From a virus (Duplodnaviria; Caudoviricetes): a stretch of 64,000 nucleotides of DNA. The stretch is taken from IMG/VR virus record IMGVR_UViG_3300034170_000089, positions 1,094 through 65,093 of that record; one strand, 5' to 3'. Both the position numbers and the translations under genes were made by a program. The notes beneath the pieces are model-generated. The model had not been told where the DNA came from. It worked only from the letters and a program-made list of their open reading frames with translations, and made no database searches. Positions 53,895-62,335 of the stretch are shown in pieces (the first letter of the stretch is position 1; each line of letters starts with the position of its first letter).

Positions 53895-54616
53895 AAGACC
53901 GCGTCACCTGCTACGTGGCGGGCCCGTTCCGTGGCGACGTCCAGGGCAACATCGAGCGGGCGCTGCGCGTCGCCGAGCAGCTCCGGGAGATCGGGTTTGC
54001 CCCGGTCGTCCCGCACACCCAGAGCGAGAGCTGGAACAAGCTCTACCCGCACGACAATGAGTTCTGGATGGAGCTCTGTAAAGCCTGGCAGCGGGGATGT
54101 GACACCACCTTCCGGATGATCGGCGCGTCTCCTGGCGCAGAGCGTGAGGTGGTCTGGGCGGAGGAGGAGCACCAGCCGGTGTTCCGCTCCCTCTCCGACG
54201 CCGAGGCCTGGCTCCGCGCCTACGAGGCCTCGGTGCGCAGGTTCACGGTGTTCGGCGACCCGGTCACCTGGAAGCGCCCGCAGCAGGGTAGGAACAAGGC
54301 CACCGGGAACGTCTTCCGCTACTCCGACAAGGAGCAGGAGGCCCACAAGAACCGCGTCCGAGTCGCCGCGCGCAACGGCGGGGTCCGCCGGCAGTTTCTC
54401 TACCCCGTCGAGCTGCATCTGGCCTTCTATCGGCGCTTCAGCTCGACGGAGCCCGCGTTCGGGGACGCGGACAACCACGCGAAGCTGGTGAAGGACGCGC
54501 TCAACGGCATCGCGTACCCCGACGATCGGATGGTGGTCAGTGTGCACGTCGAGAAACACCAGGACGCGGCGCGGCCGCGCACCGAGGTCGAGATCAGGAA
54601 GGCGGTCATCGGATGA
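53891..54616 (+). CDS. rusA: DUF1937/DUF4406-like domain fused to RusA Holliday-junction resolvase
   Basis: YVAGPF..PVVPH..SPGAEREV then GDP..WKR..DADNHAKLVKDALNGIAYPDDRMV. Confidence 0.75.
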   Translation: MKDRVTCYVAGPFRGDVQGNIERALRVAEQLREIGFAPVVPHTQSESWNKLYPHDNEFWMELCKAWQRGCDTTFRMIGASPGAEREVVWAEEEHQPVFRSLSDAEAWLRAYEASVRRFTVFGDPVTWKRPQQGRNKATGNVFRYSDKEQEAHKNRVRVAARNGGVRRQFLYPVELHLAFYRRFSSTEPAFGDADNHAKLVKDALNGIAYPDDRMVVSVHVEKHQDAARPRTEVEIRKAVIG

Positions 54617-54993
54617 AGAGCAGCCAACCGTTCGTGACGTTCGAGAGCGAGGGCGACGGGGGAGCGGCGGTGATCGCCACCCAGATCGCGAGGGCGCTGG
54701 CGCCAGAGGACGCCGACCGGAGGAAGGTGCTCGACCGACTCTGCGCCCTCGGCTACGGCGAGACGCCGCCGGACAGGATCCCCCCGGAGGTGCTCGCCGG
54801 CGCGTCGCTCTCGAAGTCGGATTCCCTCCGACGGAAGGCCGCCGCAAAGGTACGCGGCCGCGCGGTGCGTCGTCCCCCCTCCGAGCAGCATTTCGCACAC
54901 CGCTGCGCCTGCGGCCGGCCGATCCGGAAGCGCCGGGACAGGGCCGATCCCAAGGAGTGCTCCGTCTGCCGAAGGGCGAAGCCAACCGCATGA
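54613..54993 (+). CDS. Hypothetical protein with C-terminal zinc finger
   Basis: CACG...CSVC. Confidence 0.55.
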   Translation: MKSSQPFVTFESEGDGGAAVIATQIARALAPEDADRRKVLDRLCALGYGETPPDRIPPEVLAGASLSKSDSLRRKAAAKVRGRAVRRPPSEQHFAHRCACGRPIRKRRDRADPKECSVCRRAKPTA

Positions 54994-55087
54994 GGCGCCG
55001 TCTCTCCGACCTCCTGGCCCGGGAGCTGGCAACCGCTGAGCCCGGGTCAGCGTCGGAGGCGCTGTGGATGCTGGAGAGAGGAGTCTG

Positions 55088-55657
55088 ATGGTGCCGACGC
55101 TGACCGCGACACAAGCGAGAGCCGCGCTCGACCTGGCCAAGATCGCCGAGCGGTCCGGGAATCCGACCCTAGCTGTGGCGGCGGCTCAATTCCTGCGCGC
55201 CGTCCGCGCCCGGGAACTGGCCAAGGCCGAGCATCCGGATGTGCTGGAGGGGCAGCTCGCCCTCTGGGTGGCTCGGCCGGACGGGAGCTTCGAGGGGTGG
55301 CGCGGGCGGCTCAAGCCAACCGACCCGGTGCGTTGCGACCACTTCGGCTGCAGCGCTCTCCCGATCAAGACCTGCCTGGACCGACAAGGCGCGAAGTGGC
55401 CCGGGGGGAATAGGTGGGGAGATGGCTCGGTGAAGGCGAAGAAGGCCGGCATTCACCCCTACTGCTCCTCCGGCCAATGCGAGCAGGGGAAGGGCTACGC
55501 CGAGCAGGTCCAGGTCGGCTGGACGGCGAGACGGTTCAAGTTCTACCGCGACGACACGCCAGCGCAGCGCCTGGCGCGCAAGCGGTTCATCCGCACGAGG
55601 CCTGACGGCGAGGTGCCGTTCATCGACAGCACCATCGAAAAGGAACCCGAGGAGTGA
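55088..55657 (+). CDS. Hypothetical Cys-containing protein (late regulator position)
   Basis: RBS GAGGAG; last gene before the packaging module. Confidence 0.55.
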   Translation: MVPTLTATQARAALDLAKIAERSGNPTLAVAAAQFLRAVRARELAKAEHPDVLEGQLALWVARPDGSFEGWRGRLKPTDPVRCDHFGCSALPIKTCLDRQGAKWPGGNRWGDGSVKAKKAGIHPYCSSGQCEQGKGYAEQVQVGWTARRFKFYRDDTPAQRLARKRFIRTRPDGEVPFIDSTIEKEPEE

Positions 55658-55658
55658 G

Positions 55659-56234
55659 ATGCCCCAGATCCGAACCAGAATCGTAGGCCACGGCGAGGAG
55701 GCTCCAGACCAACTGCTGGCGGAGGAGTGGAGACCGGTCGTTGGGTTCGAGCGCGTCTACTCGGTCTCGAACCTTGGGCGGATTCGCCGGGAGGGAGGGG
55801 GCGGTGGGTCTCGGGCGGGGAGGATCTTGGTCCAATCCCGACACAACGCCGGTTACCTTTCGGTAAGCCTTTGGCAGCGCAACAAGGGGACGGGAGCCCT
55901 GGTGCATCGGCTCGTTGCCGTGGCTTTCATCGGTCCAGTTCCGGACGGCCAAGAGGTGAACCACAAGGACGGAGACAAGCACAATAACCGGCTGGAGAAC
56001 CTCGAATACGTCACCAGGCGCGACAACATCCTGCATGCCTGCGCAAACGGAATGATGCGGGTGCAGGGAGCTGACAACCCGATGGCCACAATCAGCGAGG
56101 AGATGGTCCGAGCCGTCCGCGAGGCGTATGCGGCCGGAGATGTAGGATACAAACGGCTCGCGAAAAGGTTCGGGTTGCCGTGGGCAAACATCAGGAACAT
56201 CGTGAAGAGGAAAACATGGAAGAGCGTGGCGTAA
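55659..56234 (+). CDS. NUMOD4-HNH homing endonuclease with ParB-like N-terminal peptide
   Basis: EEWRPVVGFE.VYSVSNLGR, VHRLVA.AFIG, VNHKDGDKHNNRLENLEY, C-terminal HTH. Confidence 0.92.
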   Translation: MPQIRTRIVGHGEEAPDQLLAEEWRPVVGFERVYSVSNLGRIRREGGGGGSRAGRILVQSRHNAGYLSVSLWQRNKGTGALVHRLVAVAFIGPVPDGQEVNHKDGDKHNNRLENLEYVTRRDNILHACANGMMRVQGADNPMATISEEMVRAVREAYAAGDVGYKRLAKRFGLPWANIRNIVKRKTWKSVA

Positions 56235-56803
56235 CCAAAGCACTCCAGAGTCGCATCGTCGGGCATGCCGACGTGCCGCCCGATCAGTTGCTGGCGCACG
56301 AAAGCAACTACCGGCGCCATCCCGGCCACCAACTCGATGCGCTCCGCGGCTCCCTGGCTGAGTTGGGGTGGGTCAAGTCCGTTCTGGTCAGCAAGAGGAC
56401 CGGGAAAGTGCTGGACGGGCACGCAAGGTGCGAAGAGGCGATGCGTCAAGACATCCCTACCGTCCCCGTGGAGTACGTCGATCTGACCGAGGCGGAAGAG
56501 AAGCTGGCCCTGGCCGTGCTCGACCCCGTCTCCGAGATGGCCACCCGGGACGACGAGCAGCTCATGGCGCTCCTGTCCGAGGTCCACACCGACGACGAGG
56601 GGCTCCAGGCCATGTTCCGCGAGATGGCCGAGGACGCGGGATCCAACCTGCTCGACGGGAACGATCCGGCCAATGACCCCCAGGACCAGGAGACCGCGAC
56701 CCTCATCGTCGACTGCGACTCGCTCGACCAGCGGGATAGGCTCTCGACTAGGCTCCAGAGTGAAGGCTTCTCTTGCCGCAAGGCCAGCCTGCCAACCGAG
56801 TGA
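56216..56803 (+). CDS. ParB N-terminal-domain-like protein
   Basis: RIVGH..V.PDQLLA...NYRRHP..Q..AL.GSL.ELGW, VLDGHAR. Confidence 0.75.
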   Translation: MEERGVTKALQSRIVGHADVPPDQLLAHESNYRRHPGHQLDALRGSLAELGWVKSVLVSKRTGKVLDGHARCEEAMRQDIPTVPVEYVDLTEAEEKLALAVLDPVSEMATRDDEQLMALLSEVHTDDEGLQAMFREMAEDAGSNLLDGNDPANDPQDQETATLIVDCDSLDQRDRLSTRLQSEGFSCRKASLPTE

Positions 56804-56814
56804 GGTGAAAACCC

Positions 56815-57465
56815 ATGGGCGTGAACGATCAGGGTCCCGGGAAGACCCCGGCCAACAAGGCGGCCAGGGAGAAGGCGATGGTAGATGACCGACGCACCCG
56901 GGTCGCGTCGTACAAGGTGCGCGGACTCTCGCTCCGTCAAACGATCGCGAAGCTGGCCGAGGACGGGTGCGTGAACCCGAAAACCGGGGAGCCATGGTCG
57001 ATCGGGATCATCTCCAAGGACATCAACGCGCTCCAGGCGCGCTGGAAGGCCGAGGCGCTGCGGGACATCGGCGACTGGATCAAGGACGAGCTCGAGCGGA
57101 TCGACTGGACGGAGCGCGAGGCGCGCGAGGCGTGGGTGAGGTCGATCGGCGAGAAGCAGAAGAGGCGGGCCGAGACGACGACGGGCGGGAAGACCGCCGG
57201 CCGCAAGGCGGTCGTGGAGACCGAGGAGCTAAACGGGGATCCTCGCTTTCTCCAGGTAACGATCGACTGCCAGAACCGCCGCGCGAAGCTGCTCGGGCTC
57301 GACGCGCCGGATCGGCATGAGCACGTCGCGAAAGTGGACGTGCAGTCGAAGTCCGACCTGAGCGGCTACACGGACGAGGAGCTTGCGCAGTTCAGGGAGT
57401 TGGCGGCTCGGGCCGCGGCCAGGGCTGCGGAGCGCGGTGGGGATGGAACTACCAACCCCGCATGA
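56815..57465 (+). CDS. terS: Terminase small subunit
   Basis: N-terminal HTH-like region, GDPRFL..RRAKLLGLDAP, DLSGYTDEEL; overlaps terL. Confidence 0.7.
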   Translation: MGVNDQGPGKTPANKAAREKAMVDDRRTRVASYKVRGLSLRQTIAKLAEDGCVNPKTGEPWSIGIISKDINALQARWKAEALRDIGDWIKDELERIDWTEREAREAWVRSIGEKQKRRAETTTGGKTAGRKAVVETEELNGDPRFLQVTIDCQNRRAKLLGLDAPDRHEHVAKVDVQSKSDLSGYTDEELAQFRELAARAAARAAERGGDGTTNPA

Positions 57466-58918
57466 CATCGACGTCGAGCTCGCTCGGCGCCACCTGATCG
57501 ATTTCACGCTCTTCACCTACCCAGGGTATCGGGCCGGATGGTTTCACCGTGAGCTATGTGGGTCGTTGGAGTGGTTCTTGGGGGAGGTGCTGGCGGAGCG
57601 CTCTCCGCGGCTGATGATCTTCGCTCCGCCTCGGCACGGCAAGTCGGAGGTGGCCTCTCGCCGGTTCCCAGCCTTCGCGTTGGGCAGGAACCCCGACCTG
57701 TCCTGTATCGCGGCCAGCTACTCGGCAGGCCTGGCTGATCTGATGAACCGCGACGTGCAGCGCATCATCGACTCCGAAAACTATCGGGAGGTGTTCCCGG
57801 AGACGACGCTTGCAGGCCGTAACGGGAAGAGCTCAACAGGCGTCACGTACCTTCGAAAGGCGGACCTCTTCGAGGTGGTCGATCGTCGCGGGGCGTACCG
57901 GTCGGCTGGCGTGTGCGGTGGCATCACCGGCATGGGCGCGCACATCCTGCTGATCGACGACCCGATCAAGGACGACGTGGAGGCCAGCAGCCCCGTATAC
58001 CGAGAGCGCGTGTGGCAGTGGTACACCAAGAGCGCATATACGCGGCTCGCCCCGGGTGGCGGGGTGATCGTCATCCAGACCCGCTGGCATGAGGACGACC
58101 TGTCTGGACGGCTCCTGAGGGCACAGGAAGACGGCTCGGGAGACAAGTGGAAGGTCGTTCGATTCCCGGCCATCTCGGAGCAAGAGGAGAAGCACCGAAA
58201 GGCAGGAGAGGCGCTGGACCCTGCGCGCTACCCAGTTGGCCAGCTCCTCCGGATCAAAGGGACGGTCGGGACGCGGGCCTGGGAGGCGATGTACCAGCAG
58301 CGGCCAACCGCGTCGGATGGCGGCATGTTCAAGCGGTCCTGGTGGCGGTACTGGCGCCGCTCCTGGGAGGAGTCGATCCCAGGCCTCGAAGATCGGATCG
58401 TGGTGATCCCTGACACTTTCGACGAGGTAGCGCTCTCCTGGGACCTTTCATTCAAAGACACCAAGGCCTCCGACTTCGTTGCGGGAGGCGCGTGGGGCAG
58501 GAAGGGCGCAAGCAAATACCTGCTCGATATCGACTGGCGGAGGATGGACTTTCCGGAGACCGTGCGTGCTATCAAGGCGCAGGTCGAGAAGCACCCCGAC
58601 GCGCACGCCAAGTTCGTCGAGGACAAAGCCAACGGTCCAGCCGTCATCTCGACGCTCAAGAGTGACATCTACGGCCTGATCGCCGTGAACCCAGAGGGCG
58701 GGAAAGAGGCGCGCGCCGCCGCCACGTCGCCCCAGGTCGAGGCCGGCAACGTCTTCCTGCCGCTACACGCGCCATGGCGCGACCGGTACATCGAGGAGCA
58801 CGCGGGCTTCCCTCTGGGCGCGCACGACGACGCGGTGGACCAGCAGAGCCAGCTCCTTCTGCGGTGGTCCACCCGCGGCGGCGACCTCGACTTCCTCCGC
58901 GACATGGCCGAGCAGTAG
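57443..58918 (+). CDS. terL: Terminase large subunit
   Basis: PPRHGKS Walker A, LIDDPIKD, QTRWHEDDL, YQQRP, EDKANG, HDDAVD. Confidence 0.95.
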   Translation: MELPTPHDIDVELARRHLIDFTLFTYPGYRAGWFHRELCGSLEWFLGEVLAERSPRLMIFAPPRHGKSEVASRRFPAFALGRNPDLSCIAASYSAGLADLMNRDVQRIIDSENYREVFPETTLAGRNGKSSTGVTYLRKADLFEVVDRRGAYRSAGVCGGITGMGAHILLIDDPIKDDVEASSPVYRERVWQWYTKSAYTRLAPGGGVIVIQTRWHEDDLSGRLLRAQEDGSGDKWKVVRFPAISEQEEKHRKAGEALDPARYPVGQLLRIKGTVGTRAWEAMYQQRPTASDGGMFKRSWWRYWRRSWEESIPGLEDRIVVIPDTFDEVALSWDLSFKDTKASDFVAGGAWGRKGASKYLLDIDWRRMDFPETVRAIKAQVEKHPDAHAKFVEDKANGPAVISTLKSDIYGLIAVNPEGGKEARAAATSPQVEAGNVFLPLHAPWRDRYIEEHAGFPLGAHDDAVDQQSQLLLRWSTRGGDLDFLRDMAEQ

Positions 58919-58924
58919 CCCCGT

Positions 58925-58934
58925 GATAGGTGGG
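58925..58934 (+). promoter_or_regulatory. GATAGGTGGG motif before the portal gene
   Basis: 4 nt before ATGGCG at 58939. Confidence 0.6.
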
Positions 58935-58938
58935 CCGC

Positions 58939-60498
58939 ATGGCGGCTCAGCCAAGGATTCCGGGTCTCATCCCCAACTCGAAGCGGCACGACGGCTGGTC
59001 CAACCTGATCACCGGGCTTGGGACCTCCCGGGACAAGCGCAGCGGCGCCGCCGTCACCTTCCGGAAGCTCTCCTACGTCGAGTGCGAGGAGTATTGGCGC
59101 GGCGATGCCATGGGCGCCAAGATCATCGAGGAGCCCGCGCGCGAGATGGTCCGGTGCTGGCTCGACGTCCTCATCGAGAACGACGAGGACGACGACGTCA
59201 CCGAGACCAAGAAGATCTCCGAGGCCGTCGAGAAGGAGCTGAAACGCCTCAGGGCGCGCAAGCAGACACGCGAGGCGCTCATGCGCAAGCGCGCCTACGG
59301 CGGCTCGGTCATCCTGCTCGGCGCGGACGACGGCGTCTCCGACATCTCCAAGCCGCTGCGGGAAGCCACGCTGCGATCGATCAAGTTCCTGACCGTCTTC
59401 GACGCCTTCGAGGCGTACCCGCGCACGTACTACCTCGACCCGGAAGACGACAAGTACGGGGATCCGGAGACCTACTGGATTTACCCGCAGGGAATCCCCG
59501 GCGGCCTGATGAGCGGCGTCAAGCCGACCAAGATCGCTGGCACGACGATCGTTCACGAGTCGCGCGTGCTCCGGTTCGACGGCGTCCGGGTCTCCCGCCG
59601 GCAGGCGCGCGAGAACCGCGGCTGGGGTGACTCCATCTTCGTTCGCATCCTGGAGACGCTGGAGAACTTCGGGATGTCGTTCGGCGGGGCCGCGCACCTG
59701 ATGCAGGATTTCGCCCAGGCCGTGTTCAAGATGCGCGGCTTGCGTGAGGCGCTGGCCGGCAAGCAGTCCGACTTGGTGCGGAAGCGGTTCGAGCTGATGG
59801 ACGAGGCGCGCGCGGTCCTGCGGGCCGTCCTGCTCGACGCGGGAGACGGAAGCGGGGGAGCGAGCGAGGAGTTCGAGCGCAAGGCGACTCCAGTCACAGG
59901 GCTCCCCGAGATGCTCGATCGCATGAGTCAGCGGCTCGCCGCCGATGCCGACATGCCGGTCACCCGGCTGATGGGCCAGGCTCCTGGAGGGTTCTCCAAG
60001 GGTGACGAGTCGGGCGAGAACTGGTGGTACGACCGGATCGCGGGGCTCCAGAAAGAGGACCTAGAGGATCCGCTCGAGCGCCTGGTCCACCTCATTCTCA
60101 TCTCGAAGGAGGGGCCGACCGACGGTGTCGAGCCGGACAACTGGTCGATCGCCTTCCGACCCCTCCGGCAGCTCACCATCTCGGAGCAGGCCGACGTCCG
60201 GGTCAAGATGTCCCAGGCCGACAAGAACTGGGTCGATGCTGGCGTCGCGATGCCCGAGGAGATCGCCGTCTCGCGCTTCGGCGGGGACGAGTTCTCGATC
60301 GACGTCAAGATCGACAAAGAACTCAGGGCGAAGTGGGCAGAGGTCCAGCCCCTGGAGCCGCCGCGGCCGGGAGGGGAGCCGCCGCCAGAAGATCCGGCCG
60401 ACGACGAGCCGGCCGACCCCAAGGATCCGAAGGCCAAGGAAGCGGCCCCGCCGGCGCCGGCCAAGACCAAGAAGGGCGCGAAGGCGAAGAAGCCGTGA
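58939..60498 (+). CDS. Portal protein (DUF1073 family)
   Basis: DGWSNLITGLG..RDK, VHESRVLRF, WGDS, MPVTRLMGQAPGG, WYDRI, FRPL; follows terL. Confidence 0.9.
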   Translation: MAAQPRIPGLIPNSKRHDGWSNLITGLGTSRDKRSGAAVTFRKLSYVECEEYWRGDAMGAKIIEEPAREMVRCWLDVLIENDEDDDVTETKKISEAVEKELKRLRARKQTREALMRKRAYGGSVILLGADDGVSDISKPLREATLRSIKFLTVFDAFEAYPRTYYLDPEDDKYGDPETYWIYPQGIPGGLMSGVKPTKIAGTTIVHESRVLRFDGVRVSRRQARENRGWGDSIFVRILETLENFGMSFGGAAHLMQDFAQAVFKMRGLREALAGKQSDLVRKRFELMDEARAVLRAVLLDAGDGSGGASEEFERKATPVTGLPEMLDRMSQRLAADADMPVTRLMGQAPGGFSKGDESGENWWYDRIAGLQKEDLEDPLERLVHLILISKEGPTDGVEPDNWSIAFRPLRQLTISEQADVRVKMSQADKNWVDAGVAMPEEIAVSRFGGDEFSIDVKIDKELRAKWAEVQPLEPPRPGGEPPPEDPADDEPADPKDPKAKEAAPPAPAKTKKGAKAKKP

Positions 60499-60674
60499 AG
60501 CGCGCGGGCCGCACGTGCTCGGTGCCCGGTTGTGGCCGGCCCGTGCTCGTCCGGGTTCGGCATGAGGGCGCGATGAAGTACGTCGAGGACCATGACCTTT
60601 GCCAGCGCCACTGGCGCGACCAGCGCAACCGGGAACGGTCGGAAGAGCTCGACCAGCACGAGGCCGCGCGATGA
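60495..60674 (+). CDS. Small zinc-finger protein
   Basis: CSVPGC...LCQRHW; GTGA/ATGA overlaps. Confidence 0.55.
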   Translation: MKRAGRTCSVPGCGRPVLVRVRHEGAMKYVEDHDLCQRHWRDQRNRERSEELDQHEAAR

Positions 60675-61558
60675 ACCGACTCGCCAGGGTGGTCGCAGAT
60701 ATTCGCGCCCGGCGCGCGGTGATGGCCCTGGCCGGCAAGCGCCGCCGGATTCGCCGAGGCCGGATGCGCCGGCAGCTCCAGCCGGACGCGATCCGGATGG
60801 CCTACTTCCGGATGCTGGTACAGGTGCTCGCCCAGGCGCGCGCCAGGTTGGAGCTCCTCTTCCCCAGGATTCGGGACGCGGTAAACGCCGCGGCGGCGCG
60901 CAAGGAGGCGGAGAGGGGAGACGCCTGGGACGACGACTTCAACGACCAGATCGACAACGTCGCGGAGGAGTTCTTCGCCGAGTTCACCAACTCCCGGCTC
61001 CGCGAGATCGCGGCGGACATCGGCCGGCGCACGTCCTCGTTCCAGCGCCAGCAGGTCGTTGAGCAATTCCGCGCGGCGCTCGGCATCGACATCGTCCAGG
61101 CCGAGCCGTGGCTGGAGCCGAAAATCCAGGCGTTCACGAGCGAGAATGTCGCGCTCATCAAATCGATCCCGCAGCGCTACTTCACCGGCGTGGAGAGGGA
61201 CGTCGTGCAGGCGATGCGGCAGGGCCTGCGCTGGGAGGAACTCGCCAAGGACCTCGACCGCCGCTATGAGGTCGCCGAGGGCCACGCCAAGCTCGTCGCT
61301 CGCGACCAGGTCGGCAAGTTCATGGGCGAGCTCAACAAGACGCGCCAGGAGAACCTGGGCGTCAAGGAGTTCATCTGGCGGACGGCCGAAGACAATCGCG
61401 TCCGCGAGTCGCATCACCTTCTCGAAGGTCAGACGTTCTCCTGGGACGACCTCCCGGAAGTGGATGGCGAGCAGGCCGCGCCAGGGCAGCCGATTCAGTG
61501 TAGGTGCGAGGGTGAACCCGTACTAACGGAGTTCTTTGAGGCGCTGGAGGCGGACTGA
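60671..61558 (+). CDS. Head morphogenesis protein (Mu gpF / SPP1 gp7 family)
   Basis: ARDQVGK, WRTAEDNRVRESH, PGQPIQCRC. Confidence 0.9.
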   Translation: MNRLARVVADIRARRAVMALAGKRRRIRRGRMRRQLQPDAIRMAYFRMLVQVLAQARARLELLFPRIRDAVNAAAARKEAERGDAWDDDFNDQIDNVAEEFFAEFTNSRLREIAADIGRRTSSFQRQQVVEQFRAALGIDIVQAEPWLEPKIQAFTSENVALIKSIPQRYFTGVERDVVQAMRQGLRWEELAKDLDRRYEVAEGHAKLVARDQVGKFMGELNKTRQENLGVKEFIWRTAEDNRVRESHHLLEGQTFSWDDLPEVDGEQAAPGQPIQCRCEGEPVLTEFFEALEAD

Positions 61559-61559
61559 A

Positions 61560-61838
61560 ATGGCAACGACAGGTTCATTTGAGGCCAGAGTGATTGGATC
61601 AATCCGGACCGCATGCGACGGGTGCGAGGCGCCCGGCAGACCGGAGGCGTGCCACGGCTGTCTGGTCCGCATCGTGGAGACGCCGTCGAGCGTTGCGGTT
61701 GCGCATGTTCGACTGTCGATCGTGGTCCAGCGGCCCGGCGAGAAGGACGAGTCGGTAGCCGTCGAGTTCAAGGACCTTCCGAACATGATGAGGGCGGTTC
61801 TTCAAGGCGTATCTGCCGCGATCGTGGAGCGGAAGTGA
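61560..61838 (+). CDS. Hypothetical protein
   Basis: RBS GGAGG; two CxxC. Confidence 0.5.
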   Translation: MATTGSFEARVIGSIRTACDGCEAPGRPEACHGCLVRIVETPSSVAVAHVRLSIVVQRPGEKDESVAVEFKDLPNMMRAVLQGVSAAIVERK

Positions 61839-62053
61839 CCAGGCTCGACGTACACGGCCCCACCTTCCGCGAGGGCCCGGTGATGAAGGGTGGGATCAAT
61901 CTGGAGTACCAGATCCACGAGCGGCCTCCCGACCCGCCGCCGATGAAGCCCGGGGCACTGGACGCCGCCGCGGCGAGATGCGCTGGAGCTGGCCACCCGG
62001 CGGGCCTCGCCGGCGGCGTCTGCCTCGACTGCTTGCGCGTTCGGCACGGGTGA
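61835..62053 (+). CDS. Hypothetical protein
   Basis: GTGA overlap. Confidence 0.4.
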   Translation: MTRLDVHGPTFREGPVMKGGINLEYQIHERPPDPPPMKPGALDAAAARCAGAGHPAGLAGGVCLDCLRVRHG

Positions 62054-62061
62054 TAGGTGGG
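62052..62061 (+). promoter_or_regulatory. GATAGGTGGG motif before the head protease unit
   Basis: Exact copy, 14 nt before ATG 62076. Confidence 0.55.
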
Positions 62062-62075
62062 GCCCTAGAGGCCCC

Positions 62076-62333
62076 ATGCCGACCCAATTCAAAATCGCCG
62101 AGTCGCCCTCCGAGACGCCCGACCCGCTGATGCGCAGCGCTGTCTGGCTTCCCCTCTATGGCGTGTGCGGAGGCTGCGGCCGAACCGTAGGCCTGGCCTA
62201 CGCGACCGCGCAAGCCAAGGTGATTGGGCAAGAGGAGCTGGACCGTTATGCGGCGTCCGAGGCCGCGGCCAGGACAATCATCGCGCGGGCGCAGGCTACC
62301 GAGCCCGGCCGCTGCGCGCACGCGAAAGGCTGA
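62076..62333 (+). CDS. Hypothetical protein
   Basis: ORF between the motif and the DUF2213 gene. Confidence 0.45.
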   Translation: MPTQFKIAESPSETPDPLMRSAVWLPLYGVCGGCGRTVGLAYATAQAKVIGQEELDRYAASEAAARTIIARAQATEPGRCAHAKG

Positions 62334-62335
62334 AC

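Noticed and set aside
55409-55418. AATAGGTGGG, a one-mismatch copy of the late motif
   Set aside because: Inside a coding region, 240 nt from the next gene start; cannot be separated from chance without TSS data
55722-56294. Group I intron around the HNH gene
   Set aside because: The interval is almost entirely coding, leaving no room for a ribozyme core
58939-60498. Possible anti-CBASS Acb1 assignment for the DUF1073 gene
   Set aside because: Position and motifs are those of a portal; I see no appended 2H-phosphoesterase domain with paired HxT motifs
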